Below, piece by piece: positions 11,348 to 27,574 of a stretch of DNA of 46,221 nucleotides. The stretch covers positions 1 to 46,221 of the forward strand of contig JABANN010000261.1 in NCBI GenBank assembly GCA_013115125.1, read 5' to 3'. The position numbers and the translations under genes are program-made. A model generated the notes under the pieces. It saw nothing but the letters and a program-made list of their open reading frames with translations. It was not told the DNA's origin and searched no databases. The stretch comes from Perkinsus olseni. Its lineage: Eukaryota. Within the stretch, counting starts at the first letter, position 1; every line of letters starts with the position of its first letter.

Positions 11348-12059
11348 GACCCCTTAGACGATGAGCAACTACCCCGTGCCGGCTACCAAAACTAACTAGG
11401 ATCGTCATCACATCATTTTCCATAGCATTTCTGCATCAATGGGAGTCTGCTCAACACTTATTATCATCTCCCTTTCTAATCGATGTTAGGCCAAGTTTGT
11501 GTACGGAGATAAGCCTGAAGATAAGCAGTATCAGCATCCGATTTCTTCAGGGCTCCCACCATACGAACGACTTGTGGGACCGATACTTGATCTGTTAACA
11601 ATCTCATTGTTATTCGTCTCGCGGGCATATCTTGCGTTTCAGTAGTTCTGAGCTCCACATTGAGAAGGACGTACTAGACTTCGCCGCAGTCGTCACACAA
11701 CTGGGCATAGGGAAGGGCCTGCATACCCTCATAATGTGGGCAAGGTAGTTGAGCCGAGCCAAAAACGTGAGCTCAGTTGGTAGCTCGTTGCAGTTGGTTC
11801 GAGGGCTCTAAAATAGCGGTCTTCACTTCTCCCTGGTCATTCGTACTCTGCAACGGCTTGCCATGTGCTACGTGCAGCCAATCACTCATTCCCAGCTGGG
11901 CAAACCTTCGACCGTATACCGTCATCCGAACGCTTCCTGACGGCGACTGCTGCGAAGTGTTGCGCATGTTGGTACCCACTTCACGAGAACACAACCGAAT
12001 GGGGCCTCCCGAAGCATGCATGAGGATATGAAATAATTGTGTAATAGGAGGTCGGAGCA

Positions 12060-15545
<3,486 letters not shown>

Positions 15546-15613
15546 TTTGTGAGATAGTCGAACCCACGATGAATTGACAGTATCAACAACACAACATCAG
15601 AGACACTGAAAGA

Positions 15614-16621
15614 TCATATGCGTTCTTCCTTCTTGCCTTTACGAAAGAATCCACTCAGCAGCACATCTCCTTGGGGAAAGAACCATTCAATGCTGCTCCC
15701 ACATAGGTGAACGAAGCCATAGTAGGGATAGCACCTTGCCATACCGTTCTTCTTACCCCACTCGTACATCTTGGCTCTCCTACGAGCGGTGTACCCGTAT
15801 ACGACCATCTTGGTCGTAGGCCGATCATCGCCGGAGGGACCATCATCACCATCATCATCAGATTCCACATCATCCTCCTCACCGATAGGAGACGATGGAG
15901 AATCATTGGAAGTAGAACTACTAGGGTTATTGGAACCTGGGCTACCCGAGATAGCGCTGTGCCACAAAGATGATGCCTTCACTGAGGACGAAGAGGGCGA
16001 CGAGGGTGTCTGCTTCTTAACCATGCCAGTGCCAACCTTCGAATGCAATACCACCGGTGTCGCTTCCTTCTCCTGAGGGAATCTCTACTAGAGATATTCT
16101 CCGGTCAGGGTTCTCATTACCTTCATCACATCGGAGTTGGCCACTGTATACTTTCGGAACGCTGGGTTGGACGAGGGTGCAATGACAGTATCCGTGAAGT
16201 CACTAAAACAATCATCTCCAATGTCCCCATCTGGTTCCAATATAGCATCCTAACACAGGAGCTGCATCAACAGTAGCTATTCATGGCCCACTCACCTTGG
16301 TCCTCGTAGTGAGCTTAGGTCTCTTCAGATTATACCTCCTAGTAGACTTCTTTGGTGGGGCACACGAACACATTTCAAGTGTACTCAAGTACCCTAAAGC
16401 ATATTTATTCTCTTCCCGCAAGTCTGCTATCTCGGCTCGCCATCTGATGGAAACTTCACAGTCCGCTGACCTTTGAAGTGATACTACCTTTGGACCAGTT
16501 CCTGGCCGCACTCGAGATTCCTGATCAATCTCATTGCCACACTATCCACAACCCTATCTGATAATACCTGACCATCCATGACCAGCCTGCCTGCTGGATT
16601 AGACGCTGATACGGATGTCAT
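15614..16621 (-). CDS. Multi-exon hypothetical protein with Ser/acidic low-complexity middle
   Basis: MTSVSASNPAGRLVMDGQVLSDRVVDSVAMRLIRNLECGQELVQ..., ORF 16281..16511 and terminal exon 15614..16054; exon joins partly uncertain. Confidence 0.5.
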
Positions 16622-16969
16622 GACAAACTGCTGATGGCGGTAATGATGATGCATTATTGAATGTCATACTGAACACAAGAGCCCAATCCAGTTAAATACA
16701 TCGATAATGCATCTCAGGTTCAATTCGTGCATGATTGAAATACCCACCATTGCCGCCGCCGCTCTACGAGAATGCGTCAAGCAGTCAGAGAGCCGCGCGC
16801 CACGTGGAAATGCGCCGCTCGAACCTGGGCGCGCGCGTATTGACCTCCGCGACCGCTTTCCCCGCGACCGCGCCATGTGTTCTCCAATAATACCCGACAG
16901 ACAGAGTAATGCGTAATCGATACAGGTTTCCGTATAGCGACCGCTTTCTCAGTGCCACTGCATATTTCA

Positions 16970-17446
16970 ATGGCTCTCGTTATCAACATGCTCAGCGCTA
17001 TTGCTGCCTTCGTGGCCATTGTGGGTACCACCACCCCCAACGCCACGACTTCTCCCTCCCCCGACCCCCTTCGTCCCGGCCCTTCCGGCGATGACCTTGG
17101 TGACCGTCTCTGGTGGTTACTGGCCGAGAGGGAGATCGAAGGGCTGCTGAAGGAAGAGCAGCAAGCGGCCGGAGGTCCACTGCATGGAGTGGAGATCCCA
17201 CTACCACCCACCGTGGGCTCCTCCACCTCCACTACCACCACGACAACTAGCTCGCCCACAACCAGCACCAGTGGACCCGAGGAGGGTCAGCTACGCGGGG
17301 GAACAGGAAGGTGAGCGCGGTCACGTAGTCGATGCATCAGCTATTCTTTCGTCTCTTTCAGCTCTACCTCGGCGAGCTATGGGGGAGACAACGGAGCGAT
17401 GGTGGCCGCCGTCCTGCTCGAGCTGGCCATCTTCATGGCCATGTAA
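16970..17446 (+). CDS. Mucin-like, probably GPI-anchored surface protein
   Basis: Signal MALVINMLSAIAAFVAIVG, Thr/Ser/Pro-rich tracts, intron 17311-17361, last exon STSASYGGDNGAMVAAVLLELAIFMAM (small residues followed by a hydrophobic C-terminus). Confidence 0.7.
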
Positions 17447-17939
17447 TTAATCATATTGACAACATTTGCATGATGTTGTAGTGATCTCTCGAGTATCGTC
17501 GAAAGTTGTGTTACCAAGTGCGTATCATAGAGGAAGGGTTTTGCGCTGTACAATTCGTGCAGTATAAAGACGGGTCGCTATCCCACGAAGCATACTTGTG
17601 TATTGGTGAACCACCACCACTCCTACGGCGGGAGCTATACCTTTCCAACCTGTCAGGTAGTACCTGAGCTGCTGACCACTCTCAGCATCCCAGGTAAATC
17701 TTGTTGCTACATAATGATCATATCACGATCCACATTGTGGATCCCACAACACCTTCTGAAGATACCTGACGAGTCGTCAGTGACGACTCACGACCAGCCC
17801 TTAGCAGGCATGGACACAATGATCAGATGGCCATGCCGTACTTTTGATGATGATGGTGCATCACTGAGCTCTATACTGAGAACAATAGCCCTACACAGAA
17901 GGGTCGCTATCCGAGGAACAACGCTGGTTCATTGCTGAG

Positions 17940-18128
17940 GTAGTACCGAATAAGTTCCTGACCGCACTAAAGATTCCTGATCAATCTAATTGCTGCACTA
18001 TCCACAATCCCATCTGAAAACACCTTACCAGCCTCACTGCTCGATTTGATGCTTCAACAGATGAACATGACAAACCCCTAAATTATGGGCTCTAATGATT
18101 ACGCATCATTGAATGTCATACTGAACTC
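17940..18128 (-). pseudogene. Decayed duplicate of the 5' part of the 15614-16621 gene
   Basis: 17972-18125 aligns by eye with 16516-16673 (gattcctgatcaatct..., attgaatgtcatactgaac). VDSVAMRLIRNLECGQEL becomes VDSAAIRLIRNL*CGQEL (GAG to TAG). Confidence 0.6.
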
Positions 18129-18228
18129 AATAGTGGTGAGCAGAGTCGCCAAATATTGCAGTGAATGATACTAGAATATCCCAGGTTCGATCCCGACACT
18201 AGACATGTTCGAACTATCCACCGCTAAT

Positions 18229-19663
18229 CTATAAAAACACATCAAGCCGTTCACGTATCGCCGAGCGGCATATTGGGCAGGTAGTCAGCTGCCGTGAGCA
18301 GTCGTAGCATAGAACCTGTATGGGTGCTATAACTTGTTGACTTGCTATGAGGAGTGTACACGTCCTCACCAAATGCCGACATGGTAGAACTACTGTCCTC
18401 GCTGGTCTCTCTAAACAGCAACCGCAAGTGATGGAGCCTTCAGGCCGAGGACCAGATTCCTCTCCTGCTTCCAGTTGCCGCACTCGGAAGTTCAACTCAT
18501 GCTTGATTTCAGACAGAGCCTCCACACGGGATTCCAACTCACTGATCTCGGCCTGAAAGATCAACACCTGGCTTAGGATCGAACCGGGGACCTCTCGCAC
18601 CATAGCCAGGGCCATATCCTTTTTATGCTGCATATCTGACTCTTCCATCTCCTCCCTGAATCCAGTCTCCCTGTCGTTGTATGCAGCTTCCAGCTGGTGG
18701 CATCTATCGCTGAGAAATTTCACCATCTTCCGCATGTCTCCAAGGTCCTCCTCTTGTGCCTGCATGAGCTACCAATCTACTACTCAGTTATGTCAATATC
18801 GATGAAATTGCGGCGACCACACAGACGGTACTTCCACTAAGCCACGATGCTTCTATATCGTACTGAATACCCCTCCTCCCTCTTCCACTCTCCTTCCGTA
18901 CCTCCCGTTCTGCCATCAACTCCCGAATCCGGACTGTCATCGCTGTTGCTTTGGTATCCTGACCGTAATCATGATGGGCCTCTGGCTCAGCCATGTTACA
19001 TTATAACACTCAAGGCACATAATAAAGGATCCATTGATCCCACACTCGACAGCTCAATCGACAGGAAACGGTCACGGAAAGGTACCAACAATGTACACAA
19101 AGGTGCAATAAAACGACGATGACTATCAATGATACAATCACCAGAAGTTCTTAGATCGACGGCGCTGAACTCCTCTACTGAAAGCTCCAAAGTCATAGCA
19201 GCGGCGGGACGCTCCTCCTGGGTGCTCATCCCAGAAAGAACCTAAGAAACAGTTGCATGAGACCCATGGAAGGGCATGTCGGGACTACCATTGGGATCCG
19301 TCCATGAGGTGAACGGAGAGGGTGCCTCAGGCTGCTGCTGCTGCTGTTGATACTGAGGCCGTGTTCCATAGTCTTGAGGCATCCCTCCAGGTGCAAAGGC
19401 TTCATAATATATACACCCATCTGCAGCACTACTGCTGGGTACCCCATACCCCGGTGATGATGGTAGTGGAAGGTCCGTCGGATGATGCCTGAGATGGCAC
19501 CATGACTAACTGACGTTGACAAGGTATGCTCACTGTTGGGTTCCAGTAGGCGAAGTGAAAGATGGACGTGGAGGAGGGAGCCAGCTCGACACAGGCTCAT
19601 AGAGTGCATCTGAGGGAAGAGGTCTACCAACACGGACTACTGTCGCTATTACCGCTTCCATCA
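18229..19663 (-). CDS. C3HC4 RING-finger (IAP/LOG2-type) coiled-coil protein, putative E3 ligase
   Basis: C-terminal CGCCLERPARTVVLPCRH..LCYDCSRQLTTCPICRSAIRERLDVFL preceded by coiled coil. The start may be 18994 or an upstream Pro/Gln-rich exon set beginning at 19663. Confidence 0.8.
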
Positions 19664-19766
19664 TGGTCGAAGCTCAATGGTGGAGGATAAACCGCATCAT
19701 TCGAGGGAGATGCCAGATGATTCCTGAGCGAAGCACGCATACACAATGGATATGCCATCTATCAAC

Positions 19767-22700
19767 CTACTGAGTATCTTCCTGACCTCTCCAAGGTCCC
19801 ATGATTTCATAAGGATCAGCTGCTGCTCTCTGCTGCTGCTGTTGATCACCGACGAGAAGGGCCCCATCAAGGTTCTTCAATAACGTGGATAGATCCTCAC
19901 TGGCTTCATCATCATCATCCGGCAGCAGTGGCAAGTCGTAGACAGGAGCTTGCTTGAATAGCATCTCGAGTGATGCTGACAACTGCTGTGCCTCCAGAGG
20001 ATCCTCGAACGGCTGCACAGTTGTTGTTGTTGCAGTAGTATTCATATGAGTTCTACCATCACCACCATCAGCTGTACCAGATGATGATTCCTCCCAGGTT
20101 GCAGCACTCTCCCTCAATGACGACGACGTAACAGAGTCACTCCTCTTCACCACAGCTTCAACATCACGAGCAAAATCAACTCCCTCCTCCTCAACGGGCT
20201 CCGGAACAGCAGCTGGTGTTGGGGAAATAGGCGGCACCGGGGTTAGAACTCGAGACCTTTCCACATGGTCATCCGACTGTAAAATCGCCGTAGTTATCGA
20301 AGATCTGTCCACGACCTTAGCCTTAATCGTCCCATGTTGCCTCTTCGGCTTAGCCACCTTCTTCTTATCAATAGGTACGACTGGCTTAGTCTTGGCCACC
20401 TCTAATATGCTAGAACATTTATCTTTCTTCTTTCGACTCAGCCCAGCCTTCTCTTGCCCCACAAGTACTGATGGTTTGCCCTGTATAGCCATCGATGCTG
20501 CTACTGCTGATTGAATCTAATAATAACTCATGTTATCCGACGTTTAGCGCACTGACGAGTTCTACCGTCCTCAGCTTGGCGGCCGGTGGCTGCGGCTCCT
20601 CAGTTTCTACAGGTAAACTCGTCGGACCGCTCTTATGTCCCCCGCCTTTGCTGCTGCTGTGCTTGACACTAGAGCTCGCTTGCCTCGAGTGATGCTGCTG
20701 CTGACCCACTGAGTCCACTGACTTGGACCTCTGGTCGAGAGTGTTACCTACGACGGCAGAAAGTATGGAACCCGAGCCAGAAGCACCTCTACTACCAGTC
20801 TCGTCAGCAGGAGTCTCAGTGGACCTCTTCGTAGTAGCAGCAGTGGCTGAGGCTCTCTGCCGGGTTGCCTCGAAAAACGCTGTCAGCTCGGGTCGCAGAG
20901 GAGGGGGACTCGCTAGAGGCTGACCCGTCGACTCCCAAGACGTTGAGTGAGCGAGTCTGTTACAATAACGAGGAGGATAATGCTGGCTGGCCACCATATT
21001 GTGATACATCACCTTCTATCAGCAATCATGTCTATCCTCCGCTGCCTTGTCTTGTACAGCCTCCTCTCCGTTGACCCCTTCCAAGTAATGCTTATACTCT
21101 GAACGGGCATCGAAGGTCCTCACGAGCCCAGCGGCCCTCCCTCCCTACCGCTAGCCCTGTGATGGCTAAAATAACAACAATCTGCCCCAGGGAAGGCTCG
21201 CTGCTGTCGGCGGGATCCTTCCACTGTGGTGATGTCCCAACATTGAGTAGCTGGTCTAACAATTCTATAAACTCTGCCAAGGCCCGAGCCTCTTCCATAC
21301 CATCACCGAACTCTTGATTGAAATCGCCAGCGGCGGCGGCCTGATCACATCGAACCCGAGTTCGACTCCCACGGCCGGCATTTTGTGTTCTCACGAGTTT
21401 CTTTGTAAGATAAGTCTTGGCTTGTCCTATTGGCCAGGCATCGATGACCTCCTTCAGGGTAGACTCCACCAATGCCACGAAGCGACCTCTCGGTACCCCG
21501 ACAATTGGAACCTGACTGCCAACCATAGGCACCGCGGCTGCCGTCGTCGGGATACTACCTCTAAACGATAACTGTTATCATGACCAATAGATATTATTAA
21601 CGTAGCATTGGGGGTCGACCTAGGCTGAGATCCATGCTCTCCAAAAAAGATACTCCTCGGCAAGGGAGCCACTATCTCGATGTCATGGCTAAGTACACCT
21701 ATAAAGGGATCATAATGACAGTTCACCTGACGTGAGACTACCGTTAGAGCTATCAACAAGAATAGCATCGCCACCTCCACAACAGAGACTAGTGTTCAGT
21801 TTGAAGCCATCAGCAGTAGCACCTACAGATATCCTTCGGTCTCACAGCCCACTACCCTCGCAAGCCCTTACATCCTCCTCCACGGAACTCCACCCTACGC
21901 ACATACACACTTCCATTAAAGTCCTCTAGCATGGCTCTAGGGATGGCTAAAGGTATATTTACCATACTCAGGAAAACAACATCTTCTGTGGAGGCTGCTG
22001 CTATGCTGCTGATGAGGTGAAGACGGAAGCTCAATGGAGCCTCACGCAGATACTCCACCTGAAAGGGACTCGAATGCCGAACTGCTGCTGCTGCTGTTGT
22101 CCCCCCTACGATCGGTATAGGAGGAATTGGTACGTCGACAGTAGTGGCGACAGGGACCTCATCGACGTCATCAACAGGTTGACTTATCGATGGTATATCG
22201 AATGTTACAGCCTCGATGACTGTATAGTTGCTAAGGATATACACCACACCATTACGGGGGACAGAATCCAACCGACAGAAGCGTATTGCTGGGATAGAGA
22301 CCTCGCCTCGTGGAGGAATCGTAAGTACCTTCAAGATCGCAAGATGTACAACAGACATCGGCAGTGGCGATAGTACATCTCCCTTCCCTGAACTGTCCAA
22401 CGACAGCTCAGCATCACTAGCGATGTATTTAACTTGAACCTGCAGCACACTCTGATTACCAACTTCACAAGCCGCCTCCCTCTCCACCTCTATAGGAGCA
22501 TCCTTCAAAGGGTTCATCATGGACACCTTCGCTGACCTGCAGCCACCAAGGGGTGCTAGGCGTAGAGCGATGAGCTCTCCTTGATACGGGGCAAGTATCT
22601 GACACTCAGTACTAGACTCTAGGCAGGCACGGCTCAACTGATACCGATGGGCGCTGCTGCTGCTGCTTCTGATGAATCCACGGAGTGCGTAACGTGTACT

Positions 22701-25700
22701 CCCAATCGTCAGCGAGAATTGTGATCTGAAGTGCGACCATTACGAGTTACTCACAGGAGTACCGCCTCCTCACGTCATTCCACAACTCTCCACCAGAGCC
22801 ATCAACCTCTCTCAGAGTGTACCCTCTAGCAAGGGACTCTAGCCGCTGAGCTTCCAATGAACCTGAAGATACTCCAAGTGATGACGTTCGATAACGATAG
22901 GAATGTCGACTAAGTACTACTACCACTAGCTAGGACCTTCACGCCGTCCTCTGAGGACATGTCGAGCTCCACAGGGACCTGCATAAGGCCTGATCAGGTG
23001 ACGGCTGTCCGCTGCGTCTATTACCCTTCCGGGATGGAATCGACCCCGAGCCAAGACACCATCCGTCGCCTCGTCGAGGGCCGGAGTAAACTGAAGTGGC
23101 AGGCAACCAATGATAATACTGTGCTACCGCGATGTAGCCGTTGTACCTCTAGACGTGTATCCTTTGATCTGATCTCCCTAACCCCAGAAGGGACAAGGCT
23201 GCCCTCGTCTGATGGGTACCTGAGCAGACAAGGTTCAGCAGGAGATGAGGTGTGATGTTGACGATACCCTACTCGGCAACAAGGGTATATTCATCATTCT
23301 CACCATCAAAGCGTATCTAAACTTCATCATGGGCACTCACAGAAAGGGTAGCACAACGGGCCCACCTGAATGTCTTGTCCCAGTGATGTTGTCGTAAGCG
23401 GCCGAGTCCAACTCAGCTGAGCCTGACGAACCAAAACTAACGGGAGAGATGGTTCTCAAGGGTGCTCACTGTAAGGTTGAGGCTCTGGCCACGACTCGTC
23501 CGTGCTTTTATTGTGATATTCCTCTCAGGCATGCCGTCCAGTACTACGGGCACCCGCAAGGTAGTATCAGCAGGGATCAACAGATCTAAGATGATAGATG
23601 GTACGCAGAGCAAAGAGTTGAGAGTATCTTAGCACCCGCAGTCTCTCCACCTTCCTTCAGAACGGTACGACCATCGCTATAGACCCTGATAAAAGCATCA
23701 TCAGGCTGCTTCCCTTGGTCACGAGGCCTCACCCAATGCCGTCCAATATGATGATATCAAAAGGGTTGTTATTCATCACTATCAGGGATATTTTATCCCC
23801 CACCACTGCGGTGCTGTGATAGTAGGATCCCTCCCCTCCATCGTCATAAAACCAACCAAAGCGAGGTGACTCCGGGGCATCTACTACCACGACTCGTCCA
23901 GTCACACTAGAATGGTTAATACACCCACCTTGCTCCTCTCCTATTTGCACTGAAAACGACAATCTTCCAGTGTAGAGCCGTAAAGGGATTGGAACGAGCC
24001 TTCCTTCAATAGATTCTGACAGCAACGGTACCGCATCTCCCACCCCACCATCATAACCTACGGACTGCTAAAACCACTGGTCGACTGAAGAGACTCATCC
24101 TCTCCTCCCTCCCCAAGGCTTCCAGTAGACTCGGCGAATGGTCGATGGTAATCTGAAGGCACGTGCGATACAAAGCGGCCTCACATGATACAGTAATGAT
24201 GATGACTGGTATTTCCAAATACAAGGCGGTACTACCAGCCTACTACCCTTATCGTTGGTGATTGCCTCGGTGCGGCTGGTATCACTTCCGCCTTGATGAT
24301 GCGTGATACACCAGCCATTGTCACCTGATACTACCAATGCCAACAACAAGACTCTTGAGAGTATCTTACCTCAACCTTTTTCACTTGAAAGATACCCCAT
24401 TCAGAGGATAGTTGTATACCGTCCTGTCGAGTCGTAAGGCCGTCTTCTGGCCAGTACTGCATCTTAAGTTCACCACCAGGATAGTAGACTAAAGGGAGCC
24501 TACTCGATACCCTGATAAGCAATCATTCCGAGCTGACTGGATGATAGAGTAGTACCTTCCAGTGAGGCCCAAGCGGATAGGACTAGGCGTTAGGTTGGTG
24601 TGGACGAGAAGGACGCCATCAAGTTCAGCGACGCCACGCAGGATGCGAGGAATCGCAAGTCGGACGGTGGCTGATGAGGCACAGAGACTGCGTAACGCTT
24701 TGAGGTAGCTGTTGTTAGACCCACCAACTAGCTCATATTGTTCCCCCTTAGTAACCGTTAACGGTGCTCTGCTGTCAGTCATCTCGGGTTTGACCTCGAT
24801 TGGTACTCCATTGGCACCGTCTGATGCTTCATAAGTAACAGCCGTTCTAACAAGAAAAGTCCTCGAGAAGGGCGGCATCAGCGGGTAGGGCCATCGACGA
24901 TAGGCAGGGCTCTTTATGTACCCTTCACCTGGTACTTATCGACTATCGAGGTACTCATATGGCCATAGCCCATAAGCTACCAGAGCCAAGGCGATGTAAT
25001 GGACTAGTGTCAAGCTAGATCCCTCTTGACCATGAGGTTAGATGTCTCCCTTCCAATCACTATTCCCTTATCTTACATTTCGACAGCCTCAGCCAGCACA
25101 CCACTATACTGAGCACGTAGCTCCACCTCAGGTGAAAAGAAATCATCAGGCCTCCGAGAACCTGACACTTGCCATTCGAAAGGTTCCGGGATCAATCCAA
25201 ACACACTACCAAAGTCTATGACTGGAGGGTTAAAATGAAGATCGTCAACTGGTCGGATATCCGTCTTGAAGCTACCCTCAAATACTACTGTGCTATGGTA
25301 CCAAAACATTAACATTACGGTATTATCCCTAAGATGCTGCCCTCTGCCTCCACTACTAGCTGTGTAACGTGTGACCCCGTTACAGTAGATAGACTCTTCA
25401 TCGAAGCCACTGATACTGTCGACCCTACAGGTCATGCCGAGGACTTGAACAGGGAGTATCCGAGGAACTATCTCACCTGGTGGTATAGCGAGTGGCCAGG
25501 AGGTGCCGGATGCCGGGAGTATCGAGACCGTCCTAGTCGTAGCACCCTCACGGCGACGACGCTCGACGATACGAGTGATGGTGAGGGGACTAGTGGCCTG
25601 AGAGGAGGACTACGCGTTGTCCGTCGTGGGGCTGAGCATCTAACCTGCGGATTAGTGAGAGTAACTGACACCCACGGCGATTCGTCAGCTTGTGAGTAGC

Positions 25701-26414
25701 TAACTTGTAAAGGCTGCAGGCCCCACTGGGCCTTCGATGGCTGATAAAAGCATCATCAAGGCAGTCGAGAGACATACACTACCTTATGACGGATAAATAA
25801 AGGGTCAGAGACTGCACTAGCCGCGGATATGAACCTTACGGTGGTGGTGACCTCCTCGACCTAACAATGATGGGTGCTGAGGGGTCGGCCCGCGCGAGCT
25901 CTACCTTGTCGAGTGTAGAGAAGGATGGTACCAATTGGAGTTGAAGGGTAACCTTCTGTCTCCTCCCGAGGCGTATAGGAAAACTATCACCATCATCATC
26001 AGTGATCGTGATATCGTTCTCGGGATCGGACAGCTCTAGAATAGACCATCACTATGAGTATTGACCATCACTACTACCAGCATCAACTAAAATGATGTCC
26101 TGCCTCCCGGCATTAGTCACTACCACAGACCTTCGCTGTACTGATAGGTCCGGTCTGGAGGGGGATGATGATGTAGGGGGACGCGTAAGATCTACTCACG
26201 CCAATCCAAAGTCCACAGTGCCTGGCTCGAAGAGGAGCTTTGCTGGTTCATGTCGCGGAGGACCTACAGAAAGGACAGATCATCCGAAGGTATCTTTATT
26301 TTTGCGATTACCTCCGTTAACCTCATAGATACTGGTAAATGTGACGAGTATAAGAAGCCACCACGTAAGTAAGAATCGCCGTAGGCGTAAGGGGAGATCC
26401 ATAAAATCAATCAT
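19767..26414 (-). CDS. Large TMEM131-like protein (signal peptide, Ig-like/ASH repeats, low-complexity tail); 19767-21012 may be a separate gene
   Basis: ATG 26414 gives MIDFMDLPLRLRRFLLTWWLLILVTFTSIYEVNG|GPPRHEPAKLLFEPGTVDFGL; a second DDLHFNPPVIDFGSV motif; beta-rich exons; VYVRRVEFRGG..DGFKLN; Lys/Ser-rich tail ORFs 20533..21012 and 19767..20492 can be joined by GT-AG introns. Confidence 0.55.
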
Positions 26415-26552
26415 GACAAAGAAAACGACTAATGAAGTCTGTGGTAACCATGAACATGGACTTGCGCCGAGACCTCAGGTTCGATCCGGAGCGAAGACGT
26501 TTTCAAAGCAATTTCAACCTCGCAGGTTGAAACTTGAAAGGACCATTCAGTG

Positions 26553-27194
26553 ATGTCCCTCTTTCATCGTGTCATCAGCCGTAGCCCTACAGTAGCCTCT
26601 CAGCTATCGAGGGCATTTGCAACATCGGTAGGCCTTTCTCCTCCTCTTCAACTACTTCCTAGGACTTCCTCTCAGACCCACACCCACCCCTCGATGCCTC
26701 CGTTGTCCCCTGGGCTATCAGTAAGCCATTGTCATAATCACACATCTCAGCATTAATCTCAGGGCATCGACTTGACGACCTCCCATCAGAGTGGTAAATG
26801 CTCCTGCCCAGTATGTCAATCAATCAGTAAGACACCTCCTTCATCGTCACTTCAGTCTATCTCTCGTCAGGCCATACTCCCGGCAAATGTAGCTGCCCTC
26901 GATGCTCCTCTGGTGGTAGGCCTGTCCTCCTCGTCTTCAACTATCTCTGCTCTCTCAGTATTACCATCATCATCGCTGGCCACTCGTTTTATGCTCGCTG
27001 GGAGTCCCCTCTTCCTCACTGAGTTCGATAAGCCATTCTACTTCCCCGAGGTTCAATTCATCCTCAGTGATAAGGTGCCCAACAACAGCCCAGTGTCGTC
27101 GTTGGCATCGTCGTTGCTTCAGTTGAATTTCATCTTCGAGAGATTCTTCGAGACGGAGTGTGGGGTGTGGCTCATGAACACACTTGCAGTGTAA
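26553..27194 (+). CDS. Hypothetical protein with mitochondrial-type presequence
   Basis: MSLFHRVISRSPTVASQLSRAFATS (Arg/Ser-rich, no acidic residues), short GT-AG introns, C-terminal FYFPEVQFILSDK|LNFIFERFFETECGVWLMNTLA. Confidence 0.6.
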
Positions 27195-27234
27195 TTGCGG
27201 TATTCTGACACCTCTAGCGCCTCATTGGCCCTTT

Positions 27235-27438
27235 CTAAGGTACACGTTGATGAGGATGTTTTTCTACTACTTCTGGTGGCAACCGTCGGCATTGAACCAT
27301 TTTAAAGACAGGTAGCCCCTCAACCCGCCCCACCCACCGATAGTAGTGGTTAGGTACGGCCAAACCTGGAACGTTGGTCATCACTTGTATGGTACCGATG
27401 CCCCGAACCCTTTTAGGAAGGAATCCAAAGGTCGCCAT
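27235..27438 (-). CDS. Small basic 67-aa protein (hypothetical)
   Basis: ATG-initiated intronless ORF MATFGFLPKRVRGIG... filling the gap between two + strand genes. Confidence 0.4.
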   Translation of the reverse strand: MATFGFLPKRVRGIGTIQVMTNVPGLAVPNHYYRWVGRVEGLPVFKMVQCRRLPPEVVEKHPHQRVP

Positions 27439-27574
27439 TAGCCTTGGTGATCACCATCATCATCAATCTGCCGACGGCGATGAGTGATTTTTCAGCGATG
27501 ATATTATGGATGTTGCATTGAGTCCTAATGAATAATATTTTTCGCCGTTTTTCCGTGCAGTTCTCTTGCCACCT

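Noticed and set aside
18131..18203. tRNA-like sequence (TAGTGGTGAG ... CCAGGTTCGATCCCG)
   Set aside because: A-box and B-box look-alikes are present but the T-stem pairs poorly and I cannot form acceptor or anticodon stems; kept only as a B-box motif instance.
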